From an uncultured virus (IMG/VR IMGVR_UViG_3300031857_009768) (lineage: Duplodnaviria > Heunggongvirae > Uroviricota > Caudoviricetes): a stretch of DNA of 64,000 nucleotides. The position numbers and the translations under genes were made by a program. Positions within the stretch are counted from its first letter, which is position 1; each line of letters starts with the position of its first letter. Positions 26,960-37,062 of the stretch are shown here, in pieces. The notes beneath the pieces are model-generated. The model was not told the DNA's origin. It worked only from the letters and a program-made list of their open reading frames with translations, and did no database searches. The stretch is taken from IMG/VR virus record IMGVR_UViG_3300031857_009768, one strand, 5' to 3'.

Positions 26960-27281
26960 CAGGTTTTTCCAAAAGTATTTCTGTCAGAATGTCACCAATC
27001 ATTGTAACAAATTCTTCATCATTTTGCAAGTCATCTAAATCAAAAGATGATGGATCGATGATGGTGTAATCAAAGGTAAGTCGGGCAAAACTTCCTTCTT
27101 CAACGATGTTTGCTTTCCCATATTGATAAACGACACCAGCATACTTTCCTTTCAGTATGCCGATGTCTGTCATGGTGTCTTCTTCAGACGGTAGAAAATG
27201 AAAGTCTTCGTCAATCAGATACTTCGGCTTCTTCTTCCACGGTTTCAGTTTCGCCCATAATGCTACTATAAGTGATTTCAT
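26913..27281 (-). CDS. Hypothetical protein in the T4 gp40 position
   Basis: Between uvsX and gp41; start uncertain because of overlap. Confidence 0.5.
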   Translation of the reverse strand: MKSLIVALWAKLKPWKKKPKYLIDEDFHFLPSEEDTMTDIGILKGKYAGVVYQYGKANIVEEGSFARLTFDYTIIDPSSFDLDDLQNDEEFVTMIGDILTEILLEKPDEKTRNYHTEELNFQ

Positions 27282-28272
27282 ATTTCTTCCTTACATATTC
27301 TTTAAAACGTTCATCAGCAAGAATATCTTTCCAGAACTCTTCATTCTGCGTATCAGCAAAGCGTTTCTTCTCAAGCACCTCACCAGTTTCTTGATCTACT
27401 TTGGCGTACCAACCGTTACTGGGTTTGGATACAAAATTACCTTCGAGTGCAATATCAAGTAGACCAGACCACTTATTAATGCCACCATTAAAAGATACAG
27501 TAACAGGTATTTTGGATTTTTCACGAACATATCTACTCTTCTCTACATTGATGATAAAATTGTAGCCGACAATTTCTGTGCCATCTTTGTCTTGTTGACG
27601 ACCAAGAATCCAAATTGTGTCTGCTGAGTAATAAGAACCTGTGCCACCGCCAACGATGTCTTTCGGGAACATACCAATCTCTTTGTATGTGTGATTGACA
27701 ACAATCATTGGAATGTCTTTGATTGTCAAATGTGGTGTGACCATACGAAACAATGACTTCATCTGTTTTGCTCGGCTCATGTCAGCAACAGATTTACCTT
27801 CAATTGAATCTTCAACTTCTTTCTTTGATGCCAGATTACCAATTGAATCTAGCACGATAATCACTTTGTCAGTCTTTTCAATGTTCTGTAACTGATTCAT
27901 AATGTCGTGTTTCAATTGTTCAACATCAGTAATTGGTGTGTGTAGCACACGATCAGTATCGATATCAAAAGCATCAAAGTACGATTGTGGTGTGCCGAAC
28001 TCTGAATCATAAAACAAAACAACAGCATCTTCATACTTGTTCATGTATGATTTTGCCATGAGTAAAGCAAATGCTGTCTTGAAGTGTTTCGATGGACCAG
28101 CAAACATCGTCAGACCTGGTGTCAATCCACCATCCAAATTACCTGATAGTGCCACGTTGATGATAGGCACATCAGTTTGAATCATGTCTTTATCTGTAAA
28201 GAATTTCGATTTAGAAAGTATCGACGTTTCTTTGATTGTCGATGCCTTCTTTAGTTTATCAAGTACGCTCAT
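27211..28272 (-). CDS. uvsX: RecA-like recombinase
   Basis: AGPSKHFKT, FYDSEFG, DSIGNLAS, GGTG, EKSRYVREK. Confidence 0.96.
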   Translation of the reverse strand: MSVLDKLKKASTIKETSILSKSKFFTDKDMIQTDVPIINVALSGNLDGGLTPGLTMFAGPSKHFKTAFALLMAKSYMNKYEDAVVLFYDSEFGTPQSYFDAFDIDTDRVLHTPITDVEQLKHDIMNQLQNIEKTDKVIIVLDSIGNLASKKEVEDSIEGKSVADMSRAKQMKSLFRMVTPHLTIKDIPMIVVNHTYKEIGMFPKDIVGGGTGSYYSADTIWILGRQQDKDGTEIVGYNFIINVEKSRYVREKSKIPVTVSFNGGINKWSGLLDIALEGNFVSKPSNGWYAKVDQETGEVLEKKRFADTQNEEFWKDILADERFKEYVRKKYEITYSSIMGETETVEEEAEVSD

Positions 28273-29170
28273 TCATATCTCCAATATCTGCAATTTTGTC
28301 TTTGGGTATAACCGTGTGTTTATCGTCTACAAAGAACGATTCTAAACTACGTGTGGGTGTGCTGTCAAGTTTTTTCTTCTTTACAACCTTTTTGATCGGT
28401 TCAATTTCACCTTTGTCTTCCTTGATTCTACGGTATGTTTGATTTGCTGCTATCAATAACAATACTGCCAAAGGATCAAACACAATTATAATAATGAAGA
28501 TGACCAGTCGAACTGCTTTATCAATCAAGTCACGATCTTGTGTGCCATAAACTACCTCTGCCACATACTTTATAGGGCCCAGGTCTGACTCAGCCTTTCT
28601 AACTTCCAACGATAAAGGGAGTTTCTCTTCCGTGAGTAATTGTATTTCTTTTTGAAGCCTCTTAGTCTCAGCAATGATTCTCTCACGGTCTTTCTGTTGG
28701 GCTTTGCGTATCTGATTAGCCCTCTCTGCGCCCCTTTCGTCTTTCGATCTGCCCATAATTTGATCGACAGCTTCATCATACTGAGCAAGGTTCTTGTTGT
28801 TCCTCTCAATCTGCGATTGAATAACTTTGATCTTTTCATCATAGATTTCTACCTTTGCTGCTTGTGGTGCTATTGTGCTTGAATGTTCAATGTGTGCCTT
28901 TGAAAGATAACCAAAGATACCCATTGATGTGATTGCCATCAACAACACTACAGCAATGAGAAAATAAAGTTTGAGTGCTGAGAATGTTGTTTTCCAATGA
29001 TTGTATACCCAGGACACAGTTACAAGTTTTGCTGCTTCAAGCACAGATCCCATAATGATGATAGGCCAGTAAGAACCTGGAAATATCTGAGCAAGACCTA
29101 TCACTGAATAGTATGCTGCGATACCAGACAGTGCAATTGCGGTTAGAAATGGCAGTATTACGTGTGTCAT
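28259..29170 (-). CDS. Multi-TM coiled-coil membrane protein
   Basis: Three N-terminal TM helices, long coiled coil, C-terminal TM (IIIIVFDPLAVLLLIA). Confidence 0.7.
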   Translation of the reverse strand: MTHVILPFLTAIALSGIAAYYSVIGLAQIFPGSYWPIIIMGSVLEAAKLVTVSWVYNHWKTTFSALKLYFLIAVVLLMAITSMGIFGYLSKAHIEHSSTIAPQAAKVEIYDEKIKVIQSQIERNNKNLAQYDEAVDQIMGRSKDERGAERANQIRKAQQKDRERIIAETKRLQKEIQLLTEEKLPLSLEVRKAESDLGPIKYVAEVVYGTQDRDLIDKAVRLVIFIIIIVFDPLAVLLLIAANQTYRRIKEDKGEIEPIKKVVKKKKLDSTPTRSLESFFVDDKHTVIPKDKIADIGDMNERT

Positions 29171-31698
29171 CCGAAGAAAGATTCAAGTGTATATTGCTTT
29201 TCAGTTTCCCAACCAATACAATCGAGAATCAATTTAATTGGATCAAGAAAAGTTTTATCGAACTGTGTTTCGTAATCAATGTATTCCTGTAAAGCAAACT
29301 CTTTAGGCAATCTTGTTGGAAATGAAACTACCATATCTCTGAAAGGATTCGGTGTTTTGAGATATGTGAACTTCAACTTTTCACCCTCTTGTATCAAAGG
29401 ATACTTATTCACCAAATTATGCTGCTTCAGAAAATGATTGTACAATATCGCACCCTTGACATGAATCGGTGTGCCTTTCTTGTATATTGTAGCAGAATCA
29501 GCATACTCTTTCAAGCCATTACAACCACGTGGAAAAGAAATATCTTCAACAGGTAACTTACGAAACTCTTCTCTAAAGTCGGCAATGAATTTTTGAACAG
29601 TTTCTTCATCGGTGTTTACAATCAAATCGACCAGTTTGTACATCTTTCCACGAACAACAGTAGGAGTTGATGACTTGACCATCTCAAGACCCATAACCTT
29701 GAGTTTTGGTTTGGCATACTGAACACCTTCGTTGTTGTACACATTCAGAATATAACGTTTCTTTGCTGTCCAAATACCTTTATCGGACAAGCCTTCACGT
29801 TTCATTTGCATCTTTTGGTCGAACGCATGAACATATTCAGCAAGGCTTTGATAACTCTGATCAATGTATGATTGTATCTTCTCTTCACAGATTTTGTCCA
29901 TGAAGGCGATAACTTTCTGAGTATCTGGTTTTTCTTTATACACAGAGTCAACCAATGGACCAAGATTGAGATAGATCGAATCTGTATCTGAAGCAATAAC
30001 ATAGTCTTTATCAGTTTTTAATAATTTGTTTAGATATTCGTTGAGTTTGTTTTCAATCCAACGAATCGACAATTGACCGGCTTGTGTAATCGCAAGTGCT
30101 TGTCTCAAATCATAGAACCGAAAATACTGTGAACCCATCGCACCATAAGCAGAGTTCAATGAAACTTTTTTAGCCAATTGTAGATTATCATATCTGGCAA
30201 TCAACTTTTCAATTTCTTTTCTTTTGTTTACATCTTTTTCATTTTCATAATCTTGTTGTGCCTTCAACATTTCTTTTTTGAATTTCTTTCGATCTTCATA
30301 CATCTCAATCATCATCGCTGGCAGAAAACCTTGTTTGTCTGTGCGGAAGAATTGACCATTTGGCGTAATCGTCATTCCTTTCAATACACTTGTATCAAGT
30401 TTTCTGTCGAGCAAACTTTCTACTGACGCTTGACCAGCTAGTTGTCTCATTTCATCGGTGTATTCATCTTTCTCTACGATTGTTTCGGGCGAAAGATTGT
30501 ACTGCATGATCAAATGTGGATACAGACTGTTCAAGTCAAAACTGGCAACCCAGTTGTGTAAACCAATCTGTGGTTCTTTGACGTAAGCACCCTCAAAGGC
30601 TTCATTCTTCTTGGCAACACGGCGTGGTGGTACAACGATCTTGCGCTCAAGCAAATAGTTATATATCAGTGCATCCCACATTCTTGTTTGAGCAAAGATG
30701 TCATCATAATTTGTTTTGGTGTCATAGGCTAGAGTCAATGCCAATTCAATCAACTTCAACTTATCTTCAAGTTTCAACACAAGATGTACGTCTTTGATGT
30801 TATACTCAATAAACTTTTGATGATCAAGTTTGTAAAGTTGATGTAGACTGTCATACTCATCATAAGACAGTTTACTCTCACCAAGTTCTACACTAGCAAC
30901 AGTATCAAGACGATAGTTTTCAATATTTTTGCCACCAGGCGCATACCATTGATACAATTCAAGATAGTCAAGAATAGAGATGCCAATCAAATCGTAAACA
31001 ATCTGTTCTTTACCTTTGAACATGGTCTTTCTTTCAGAATAGACAGACCATGGCGATAGCTTGTTTACTACATCATCGCCAAATAAACGTGTGAAACGAT
31101 TGACAAGGTAAGGAACATCAAAGAACTTGATATTCCAACCAGTAACAACGTCAGGGCAATTGCTTGACCAAGCAGCAATGAACCGTTCACAAAGATCGAT
31201 TTCATCTTCGCAGCGAATGTATTTTTCTTCACCTTTTACCTCATAATCACCATAACCATAAACTGTAGTACCGCCATTCAATTCATGAATAGCGATTGCT
31301 GTAATAGGCTCTGTAGCCTTGTATGGATCAGGAAATCCATTTTCAGAACCAACCTCAATGTCTATGAATACGACAGAGAGATGAGAAATATCCCAATCAA
31401 TAATGCCTCTAAAATTGTCAGCAATGAATGCGTATTCATAGCGTGTATTGCCGTAGATTTTAAAGTTTGAAACATCTTCATAACGTTTGACAAAATCACG
31501 TGCCTCCCGAATAGTATCAAAAGTCATAGGCTCTAATGGCTCATTGAATAATGAATGCCACTGAGATGATTTATTGGATTGTACAAACAAAGACGGAGAG
31601 TATTTGACTTTGCTCTTTACTCTCCGCCCGTCGCTGTTTACTCCACGAAAAAGAATGTTATTACCGTGGACACAAACATTTGTATAATATTTTGACAT
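29167..31698 (-). CDS. gp43: Family B DNA polymerase
   Basis: DIEV exonuclease, FDLNSLYP, KVSLNSAYG, SDTDS, KKRY. Confidence 0.97.
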   Translation of the reverse strand: MSKYYTNVCVHGNNILFRGVNSDGRRVKSKVKYSPSLFVQSNKSSQWHSLFNEPLEPMTFDTIREARDFVKRYEDVSNFKIYGNTRYEYAFIADNFRGIIDWDISHLSVVFIDIEVGSENGFPDPYKATEPITAIAIHELNGGTTVYGYGDYEVKGEEKYIRCEDEIDLCERFIAAWSSNCPDVVTGWNIKFFDVPYLVNRFTRLFGDDVVNKLSPWSVYSERKTMFKGKEQIVYDLIGISILDYLELYQWYAPGGKNIENYRLDTVASVELGESKLSYDEYDSLHQLYKLDHQKFIEYNIKDVHLVLKLEDKLKLIELALTLAYDTKTNYDDIFAQTRMWDALIYNYLLERKIVVPPRRVAKKNEAFEGAYVKEPQIGLHNWVASFDLNSLYPHLIMQYNLSPETIVEKDEYTDEMRQLAGQASVESLLDRKLDTSVLKGMTITPNGQFFRTDKQGFLPAMMIEMYEDRKKFKKEMLKAQQDYENEKDVNKRKEIEKLIARYDNLQLAKKVSLNSAYGAMGSQYFRFYDLRQALAITQAGQLSIRWIENKLNEYLNKLLKTDKDYVIASDTDSIYLNLGPLVDSVYKEKPDTQKVIAFMDKICEEKIQSYIDQSYQSLAEYVHAFDQKMQMKREGLSDKGIWTAKKRYILNVYNNEGVQYAKPKLKVMGLEMVKSSTPTVVRGKMYKLVDLIVNTDEETVQKFIADFREEFRKLPVEDISFPRGCNGLKEYADSATIYKKGTPIHVKGAILYNHFLKQHNLVNKYPLIQEGEKLKFTYLKTPNPFRDMVVSFPTRLPKEFALQEYIDYETQFDKTFLDPIKLILDCIGWETEKQYTLESFFG

Positions 31699-32006
31699 TA
31701 AATTTTCAAACCAGCAGGTGCGATTTCAATACGGCTGAACATTCGTGTGTATTGTGCCAATAGATCGTCAACTGGTGTATTAACAGTTAAAATATCATCA
31801 TACTTGAAATTGATGCCTTTGTCAAATTCTTCAACAAAAGCCAGATAAGGTGCAAATCCAATTCCACCAGAATCATTCGCAGCACGTGGTGGTACAGGAA
31901 TTACCTGCATAGGATTTTTAAGTGTAAAACTGATACCATCATCATCAGTTACTTCACCGATGACAGTTTGATGCGTTCTAAATGTGAAACATTTTACGTT
32001 ACTCAT
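31698..32006 (-). CDS. Small conserved beta-rich hypothetical protein
   Basis: 102 aa, coupled to gp43. Confidence 0.6.
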   Translation of the reverse strand: MSNVKCFTFRTHQTVIGEVTDDDGISFTLKNPMQVIPVPPRAANDSGGIGFAPYLAFVEEFDKGINFKYDDILTVNTPVDDLLAQYTRMFSRIEIAPAGLKI

Positions 32007-32236
32007 ACAGTTACCCTTGTAGTTGGTTCATAAACATCAAGTGTTACCCACTTTTTTGGAAACAACATTTCACGACCAACAAAGTCGGCAATGTTATATG
32101 TTGGATCATCAACAAGACCGATCAATTCAATCTTGTTATCAAACTCCCGCATTACAAGATCATACTTGTATGCTTTGGAGATTTTAGGATTGGCTTCTGC
32201 CAATTGTTTTGCTACTTTTGTAATATTGCTCATCAT
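32003..32236 (-). CDS. Hypothetical protein
   Basis: 77 aa, SD GAGGAG, operon-coupled. Confidence 0.6.
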   Translation of the reverse strand: MMSNITKVAKQLAEANPKISKAYKYDLVMREFDNKIELIGLVDDPTYNIADFVGREMLFPKKWVTLDVYEPTTRVTV

Positions 32237-32734
32237 TTACTCCTCGTTATACTGAACGACTTTGACATCACACTTTTTGAGAAAATTAATACCGTTTTCA
32301 CTTCTGTATGCGTTTTTGTAATAGACCTCCTTAATGCCCGACTGATATATCATTTTAGCACATTCTAAGCATGGTGCGTGTGTAATAAACATTGTTGCCG
32401 CATCACTTGTGTTTGTTGACCGAGAAACTTTCGCTATAGCATTAGATTCGGCATGAAGCACCTCTGGTTTGGAAATTAGTTTTGACCAACCGTGAGCAGT
32501 TTCGGTATATCCACGAAGCAACATATGATCATCAGTTTCTCGACATTCTTCTTTGAGAATGTATTCGATCTCTTCACAGTTATTATCCCAACCGGATGGC
32601 ATACCGTTATAACCGATACCGATGATTGTGTTGTCTTTGACGATTACACAACCCACTTGTAATCTTTTTGCGGTAGAAAGTTCAGCATACACACTGGCTG
32701 CTTTCATATGGGCTTTTATATATTTTTCTTTCAT
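32237..32734 (-). CDS. cd: dCMP deaminase
   Basis: GYNG, HAESNA, PCLEC. Confidence 0.93.
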   Translation of the reverse strand: MKEKYIKAHMKAASVYAELSTAKRLQVGCVIVKDNTIIGIGYNGMPSGWDNNCEEIEYILKEECRETDDHMLLRGYTETAHGWSKLISKPEVLHAESNAIAKVSRSTNTSDAATMFITHAPCLECAKMIYQSGIKEVYYKNAYRSENGINFLKKCDVKVVQYNEE

Positions 32735-32786
32735 AATAAGTAAGCACTCACTTCATTCGTAGCACACGACGAAAAAATCGATCCGA

Positions 32787-33602
32787 CTATTCTAGAATGA
32801 TAAGCGGAACTCTAGCTACGTTTACTTTGTTAGCATGTAAAAAGAATGGAAGAAATCTTTCGCCAAGAAATCCTGGATAACGCCATGGTAATGGCTCTGA
32901 TGTTGTCGGTTGTGTTGGATACACTTTACTTGTATTCTGCCACACATATTCTAAAAGTTCGAATAACTCAGATGCGTACTTTCTGAACAGTTGTTTACGC
33001 ATGACATAGCTTGTTTCAAAACTTGCGCCACGTTCATCCCACCAACTCATACTTTCTCTGTAATCAGGCAACAACTTTTCAATGCCTTCTAAAAACAAAT
33101 TCAGATACTCTGGTGGCTGTGACTGTAGATACTGCTCACGCACAGAATACGGCATTGGTGTGATTGGGTTCGTGATAGCGTCATGTGTCTCAAGCAACTT
33201 GAGTGCTGCTGCTTTTTGCTCATCCGATGATAAGTAATTGGCACTCTCCTGTGTTGGAGACATTGCTGCTTTCAACACATTTGTTCCTAGATCACATTTG
33301 AAATCAAGATAGCGACGATATGTTGTACAACCAATGAAGTCAGCACGACCATTTTTCCACAAGTAGTATTCTGATGCTTGTTGACCTAAAGCACGAAGAA
33401 ACTCATCTTCAGAACATACTCCATAGTAGTGCTGATATTCATAAACACTTTTGTGATGTGAAGTGTTGATCCAATTGCCGGGTCCTGGTGGATGCCAACC
33501 ATATGGCGCATGAGAGCCAGCATATGCGGCTTTCAGCCAAGACGATTCGTGATTGAACGGAAAGTCTTTGTGAAAGTGACTAACCATCAACAGATCAGTC
33601 AT
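32787..33602 (-). CDS. DUF4422-like glycosyltransferase
   Basis: SEYYLWKN, FIGCTTYRRY, RYPGFLGERF; start MTDLL at 33602. Confidence 0.65.
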   Translation of the reverse strand: MTDLLMVSHFHKDFPFNHESSWLKAAYAGSHAPYGWHPPGPGNWINTSHHKSVYEYQHYYGVCSEDEFLRALGQQASEYYLWKNGRADFIGCTTYRRYLDFKCDLGTNVLKAAMSPTQESANYLSSDEQKAAALKLLETHDAITNPITPMPYSVREQYLQSQPPEYLNLFLEGIEKLLPDYRESMSWWDERGASFETSYVMRKQLFRKYASELFELLEYVWQNTSKVYPTQPTTSEPLPWRYPGFLGERFLPFFLHANKVNVARVPLIILE

Positions 33603-33759
33603 CTTTTGTCTCTTCTTTTTTCTTTTTCTTGAATTCGATGCGTGGAGCAATGATTGCTTGAATCATCTCACGCTTGTAGTCTTCTTTGTGTTCTTTTGTC
33701 ATTTTCGACAGAAGAACTTTAAGAGACTTGTCCATTTTAAAGTTTGAATTAGATTTCAT
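33595..33759 (-). CDS. 54-aa basic hypothetical protein
   Basis: Not in ORF track: MKSNSNFKMDKSLKVLLSKM...KKKKKEETKDD; fills the gap with coupled start and stop. Confidence 0.6.
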   Translation of the reverse strand: MKSNSNFKMDKSLKVLLSKMTKEHKEDYKREMIQAIIAPRIEFKKKKKEETKDD

Positions 33760-34337
33760 TACCATGTCCAAGAAACATAAGAGTACCGAGTGCCCTTCGT
33801 CACCAAGTCAACTCTATGTGGATAAAGAAAGTTTGATGGAAATATCATAATCTCACCAGCTTTCAAAGTTATATGTGTGTCTTGCCAAAAAACTAAATCA
33901 CCACCCTCATAGCCATCATTCAAACCACCAAGAATGGTAAGTGTTGGTATACCTTTACGTTCACCATCGAACATTGAATGAATGTGATCACAATGAAGTT
34001 TCATTTGTGTATTTTCACGATAACGATTGAAACGAACTTCTGTAAATCCTTGCCATGTATTATACCAATCACAACCCCATTCAGCAAGTTCTTGGTGATA
34101 TCTTTGTAGACCATCCCAGATTCTCTTCATAATGTAATCTTTGTGCTTTACATTTGACCATGTAACAGCAAGTTCATGTTCATAAGAGTGATTGGAATTA
34201 TTATGATAATCATAAAACTGATGAGTTTGAAACTGACCTTCTACTTTTTCAAGTTCGTCAACAGTTTCTTGACACACTTCTGGTGTGATCCAATCGGAAT
34301 AAATTTTGAGATATGATCGTAGGTCTTTGTCCATCAT
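33759..34337 (-). CDS. 2OG-Fe(II) oxygenase (prolyl-4-hydroxylase-like)
   Basis: HCD...YEGGDL...FPSNFLYPHRV...GTRYS. Confidence 0.9.
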   Translation of the reverse strand: MMDKDLRSYLKIYSDWITPEVCQETVDELEKVEGQFQTHQFYDYHNNSNHSYEHELAVTWSNVKHKDYIMKRIWDGLQRYHQELAEWGCDWYNTWQGFTEVRFNRYRENTQMKLHCDHIHSMFDGERKGIPTLTILGGLNDGYEGGDLVFWQDTHITLKAGEIMIFPSNFLYPHRVDLVTKGTRYSYVSWTW

Positions 34338-34346
34338 TTACCTTTC

Positions 34347-34367
34347 AAAGTGGGGCTTGCGCCCCAC
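34347..34367 (-). terminator. Hairpin after hsp20
   Basis: GTGGGGC-GCAA-GCCCCAC followed by TTT. Confidence 0.65.
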
Positions 34368-34370
34368 CCA

Positions 34371-34847
34371 TTACGCAGCCTGTTTCTCTTCTTGTAGAAG
34401 TTCTGGCTGAAATGTTTTTAGTTCATTACCAATTTCAATCTTGCGTGGTTTCTTATGCTCTGGAATGATGTTCTCAAGTCCAATGCGTAGAATGCCATCT
34501 TTATATTCCGCACCCTTTACTTCAATGGTGTCAGCAATAGTGAGTGATTTAGTGAATGAACGTGTACCAATTCCACGATGTAGATATTGATGACTATCTT
34601 TGTCTTGTTTCTCACCTTTGATAGTCAAAGTATTATCTTGTACTTGAATATCGATTTCATCTTTACCAAAGCCAGCAACAGCCAGTTCTACCACATATTT
34701 GTTATCATCTAGTTTGATGATGTTATGTGGCGGAAAATTAGCAACTGGTTTGGAATCATTTAGAATGGTTTCTACATCACGCAGAAAATTCTCAAAGCCA
34801 AGCGTCTGATGAAACAAAGGTCCAAAAGCAATACGTCCTACTGTCAT
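34371..34847 (-). CDS. hsp20: Small heat shock protein (IbpA-like)
   Basis: FPPHNI, ELAVAGF, YLHRGIGTRSF, DGILRI; start MTVGR after AAGGAG. Confidence 0.93.
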   Translation of the reverse strand: MTVGRIAFGPLFHQTLGFENFLRDVETILNDSKPVANFPPHNIIKLDDNKYVVELAVAGFGKDEIDIQVQDNTLTIKGEKQDKDSHQYLHRGIGTRSFTKSLTIADTIEVKGAEYKDGILRIGLENIIPEHKKPRKIEIGNELKTFQPELLQEEKQAA

Positions 34848-34900
34848 AGTTTTCTCCTTTTTAAGCAAGTTAAATTACGTGACCCCGAAGGCATCACGAC

Positions 34901-35083
34901 TTACTTGGCAACCACAAACGCTGTGCGGTTGACAAGATAAGTTCTTTGTGGATTATTTTGATTAAAGACTTTGATAAACTCGTTAGCACCTTCTTTAATC
35001 ACGTTATCATAATCCCTTGTATACACTTCTTCTTTGGTATATTTATTTACCAACTTGATTGCATTGTTTTTCACTTTGCTCAT
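34901..35083 (-). CDS. Hypothetical protein
   Basis: 60 aa between regA and hsp20. Confidence 0.55.
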   Translation of the reverse strand: MSKVKNNAIKLVNKYTKEEVYTRDYDNVIKEGANEFIKVFNQNNPQRTYLVNRTAFVVAK

Positions 35084-35096
35084 AATGAATCACCAT

Positions 35097-35498
35097 TTAT
35101 TCTTTCTTTTTTTTACCAATGTTGTATTTGGCAATCAATTCCCAATCATCTTTCTCTTTGAAAGCAATAATCTTAATTTGATGAATTGGTGCCATGTTAT
35201 TCTCTACTATATCATAGTTTACAACCTTGATCAAGCCCCACTCTTCAAGTAAATTGGCAATAGCGTTACGTCTTTGTATATCGTTTTCGGTAATTGTAGA
35301 TGGCTTTCCATCTAGAGCAAACAATTCTTTGAAATGTACTATGTAATACTTACCTTGCTTGTGTAGAATATGGCAAGATTGATATAGTACCTTTTCTTTT
35401 CTTGATGATACACCGATTCGTGTTAATGTTTCACGTACTTTTAGAAAGTCATCCTCTTCTACAAGAACGACCTCAACAAACTTAGATAGATCAACCAT
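35097..35498 (-). CDS. regA: Translational repressor RegA
   Basis: DDFLKVRETLTRIG, LYQSCHILHKQG, HFKELF. Confidence 0.96.
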   Translation of the reverse strand: MVDLSKFVEVVLVEEDDFLKVRETLTRIGVSSRKEKVLYQSCHILHKQGKYYIVHFKELFALDGKPSTITENDIQRRNAIANLLEEWGLIKVVNYDIVENNMAPIHQIKIIAFKEKDDWELIAKYNIGKKKKE

Positions 35499-35499
35499 G

Positions 35500-35886
35500 T
35501 CATTTTCCTAATCCACCCTTCTGGGTTTTTTCTTTTATTTGTTGGATTTGTTCTTTGCTCAGTAGTCGCAAAGCCTCACGTGCTTTGGAATCGGACAGGC
35601 CATAGGCCAGTTTGATACATTCCAAATCATCGTTTTTTTCAGCTTTAGCCCACTTCGCAAAAGGTCTTTTCATAGACCTTACAGTATTTAGCAAATAGTC
35701 GAATTGTAGTTTCTTCTCAAGATAGTGCCTACTATTCATTTCATTTGCAAAAGCCAGACAATCCTTGTGCTGAGATAAGGCTCGGTTGACCAGAAAAGGA
35801 GCATAGTCCTTCTCTGTTAGTTCATCTACAATAAGTTGTTTCTTGGTCTGTAGAATGGCTGTGGCATAGTCAAATGGATTACTCAT
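35500..35886 (-). CDS. gp62: Clamp loader small subunit
   Basis: YAPFLVNRALS..D....ANEMN; synteny 45-44-62-regA. Confidence 0.92.
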   Translation of the reverse strand: MSNPFDYATAILQTKKQLIVDELTEKDYAPFLVNRALSQHKDCLAFANEMNSRHYLEKKLQFDYLLNTVRSMKRPFAKWAKAEKNDDLECIKLAYGLSDSKAREALRLLSKEQIQQIKEKTQKGGLGK

Positions 35887-36812
35887 TTGAACTCCACATT
35901 AGCCATGATTTCTGTCAGACAAGCAACAAGATTGATTTCATGATCGGCAACGAATGCTTGCTTGTATTGATAGTCAGCAAGAATTAGCACCGCTTGTGGT
36001 ATACTCTGAGGCTTTACAATGTCATATAAAGCATCATAGAGTTTGCGAAAGAATGTCGTGTTATCAATTTCCGACGTTGCTGCCCATTTACGGACGGACG
36101 TAAAGTCTTTTTCTTTCAAATGTTTGACAATCTGTGTTAGAGAAATATCACCAATCTGAGAGAGGATGCCTACATCAATCTTGCCGAGTTTGGAATAGCG
36201 TTGAAGTTCATTAATAACACGACGAAAATCTGGAAAGTGTTTCTTGACTACTTCAGCAATTACCTTTTCGTCAAATTCCACTTTCTCTGTGTTTAGTATG
36301 TGTATGATGCGTTTGAAAAACGCAGATGCCATTTGTGTTTTTTCACCATTCTTCAAACCAAATTCAATCACCGCACACCGACTGTGTAGTGGATCAATGA
36401 TTTTGTTTTTGTAGTTACAAGTGAAAATGAAAGAACAGTTTGAAGCAAACTCTTCAATCGCATTACGCAGAATTGCTTGTGCGTTTGGTGTTAGATAATC
36501 TGCTTCATCTAGAATGATGACCTTACGACCACCAGACAATGAAACGGATGAAGCATAGTTCTTAATTTTGACACGAATTGTATCAACACCGTTCTCATCA
36601 GAACCATTGATTACCATGTAGTCGCAACCGACTTCGTTGCACATTGCTTTGGCAATTGTCGTCTTGCCTACGCCCGCTCCACCAGCCAGAAGAAGATTTG
36701 GTATCTCCTTCTGATTCACGTACTCTTGAAATACTGCTTTCAAACGTTCTGGTAGAATACAATCTTCCACTGTTCGTGGTCGATGTCTTTCTGTCCACAA
36801 TAAATGTTCCAT
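35883..36812 (-). CDS. gp44: Clamp loader large subunit
   Basis: GGAGVGKTT, ILDEAD, PLHSRC. Confidence 0.96.
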   Translation of the reverse strand: MEHLLWTERHRPRTVEDCILPERLKAVFQEYVNQKEIPNLLLAGGAGVGKTTIAKAMCNEVGCDYMVINGSDENGVDTIRVKIKNYASSVSLSGGRKVIILDEADYLTPNAQAILRNAIEEFASNCSFIFTCNYKNKIIDPLHSRCAVIEFGLKNGEKTQMASAFFKRIIHILNTEKVEFDEKVIAEVVKKHFPDFRRVINELQRYSKLGKIDVGILSQIGDISLTQIVKHLKEKDFTSVRKWAATSEIDNTTFFRKLYDALYDIVKPQSIPQAVLILADYQYKQAFVADHEINLVACLTEIMANVEFK

Positions 36813-36844
36813 GTTTTTCTTTCACAAAAATCATAATGTAATAT

Positions 36845-36873
36845 ATTATATCAGTCAGCATTCAGCCTAGCAA
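36845..36873 (-). promoter_or_regulatory. sigma70-type promoter upstream of gp44
   Basis: TTGCTA-17 bp-TATAAT with extended -10 TG. Confidence 0.55.
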
Positions 36874-37060
36874 GCACTTCAAGATAACTTTCTTTTACAT
36901 GCCAATCAATGTTGTTGACACCGTAAATAACAGTTCTTGCTTCTTGATTTGGAATAGTTTTGGCAGACTCAAACACCGATGCGATAATTTCTTTGTTGAT
37001 GGCAATAGATTCACCATCAAAAGCGGTTGAAGCATTTGTGAAAATAACGAACTTACCCAT
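36851..37060 (-). CDS. Small hypothetical protein
   Basis: 69 aa between gp45 and gp44; ends WHVKESYLEV. Confidence 0.55.
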   Translation of the reverse strand: MGKFVIFTNASTAFDGESIAINKEIIASVFESAKTIPNQEARTVIYGVNNIDWHVKESYLEVLARLNAD

Positions 37061-37062
37061 GA

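Noticed and set aside
25553..31698. Inteins or introns in gp41, uvsX or gp43
   Set aside because: Lengths are ordinary and the motifs uninterrupted
33759..34337. TET/JBP-type base oxidase
   Set aside because: Motif spacing looks like the common phage prolyl-hydroxylase-like oxygenases; cannot be fully excluded without an HMM search
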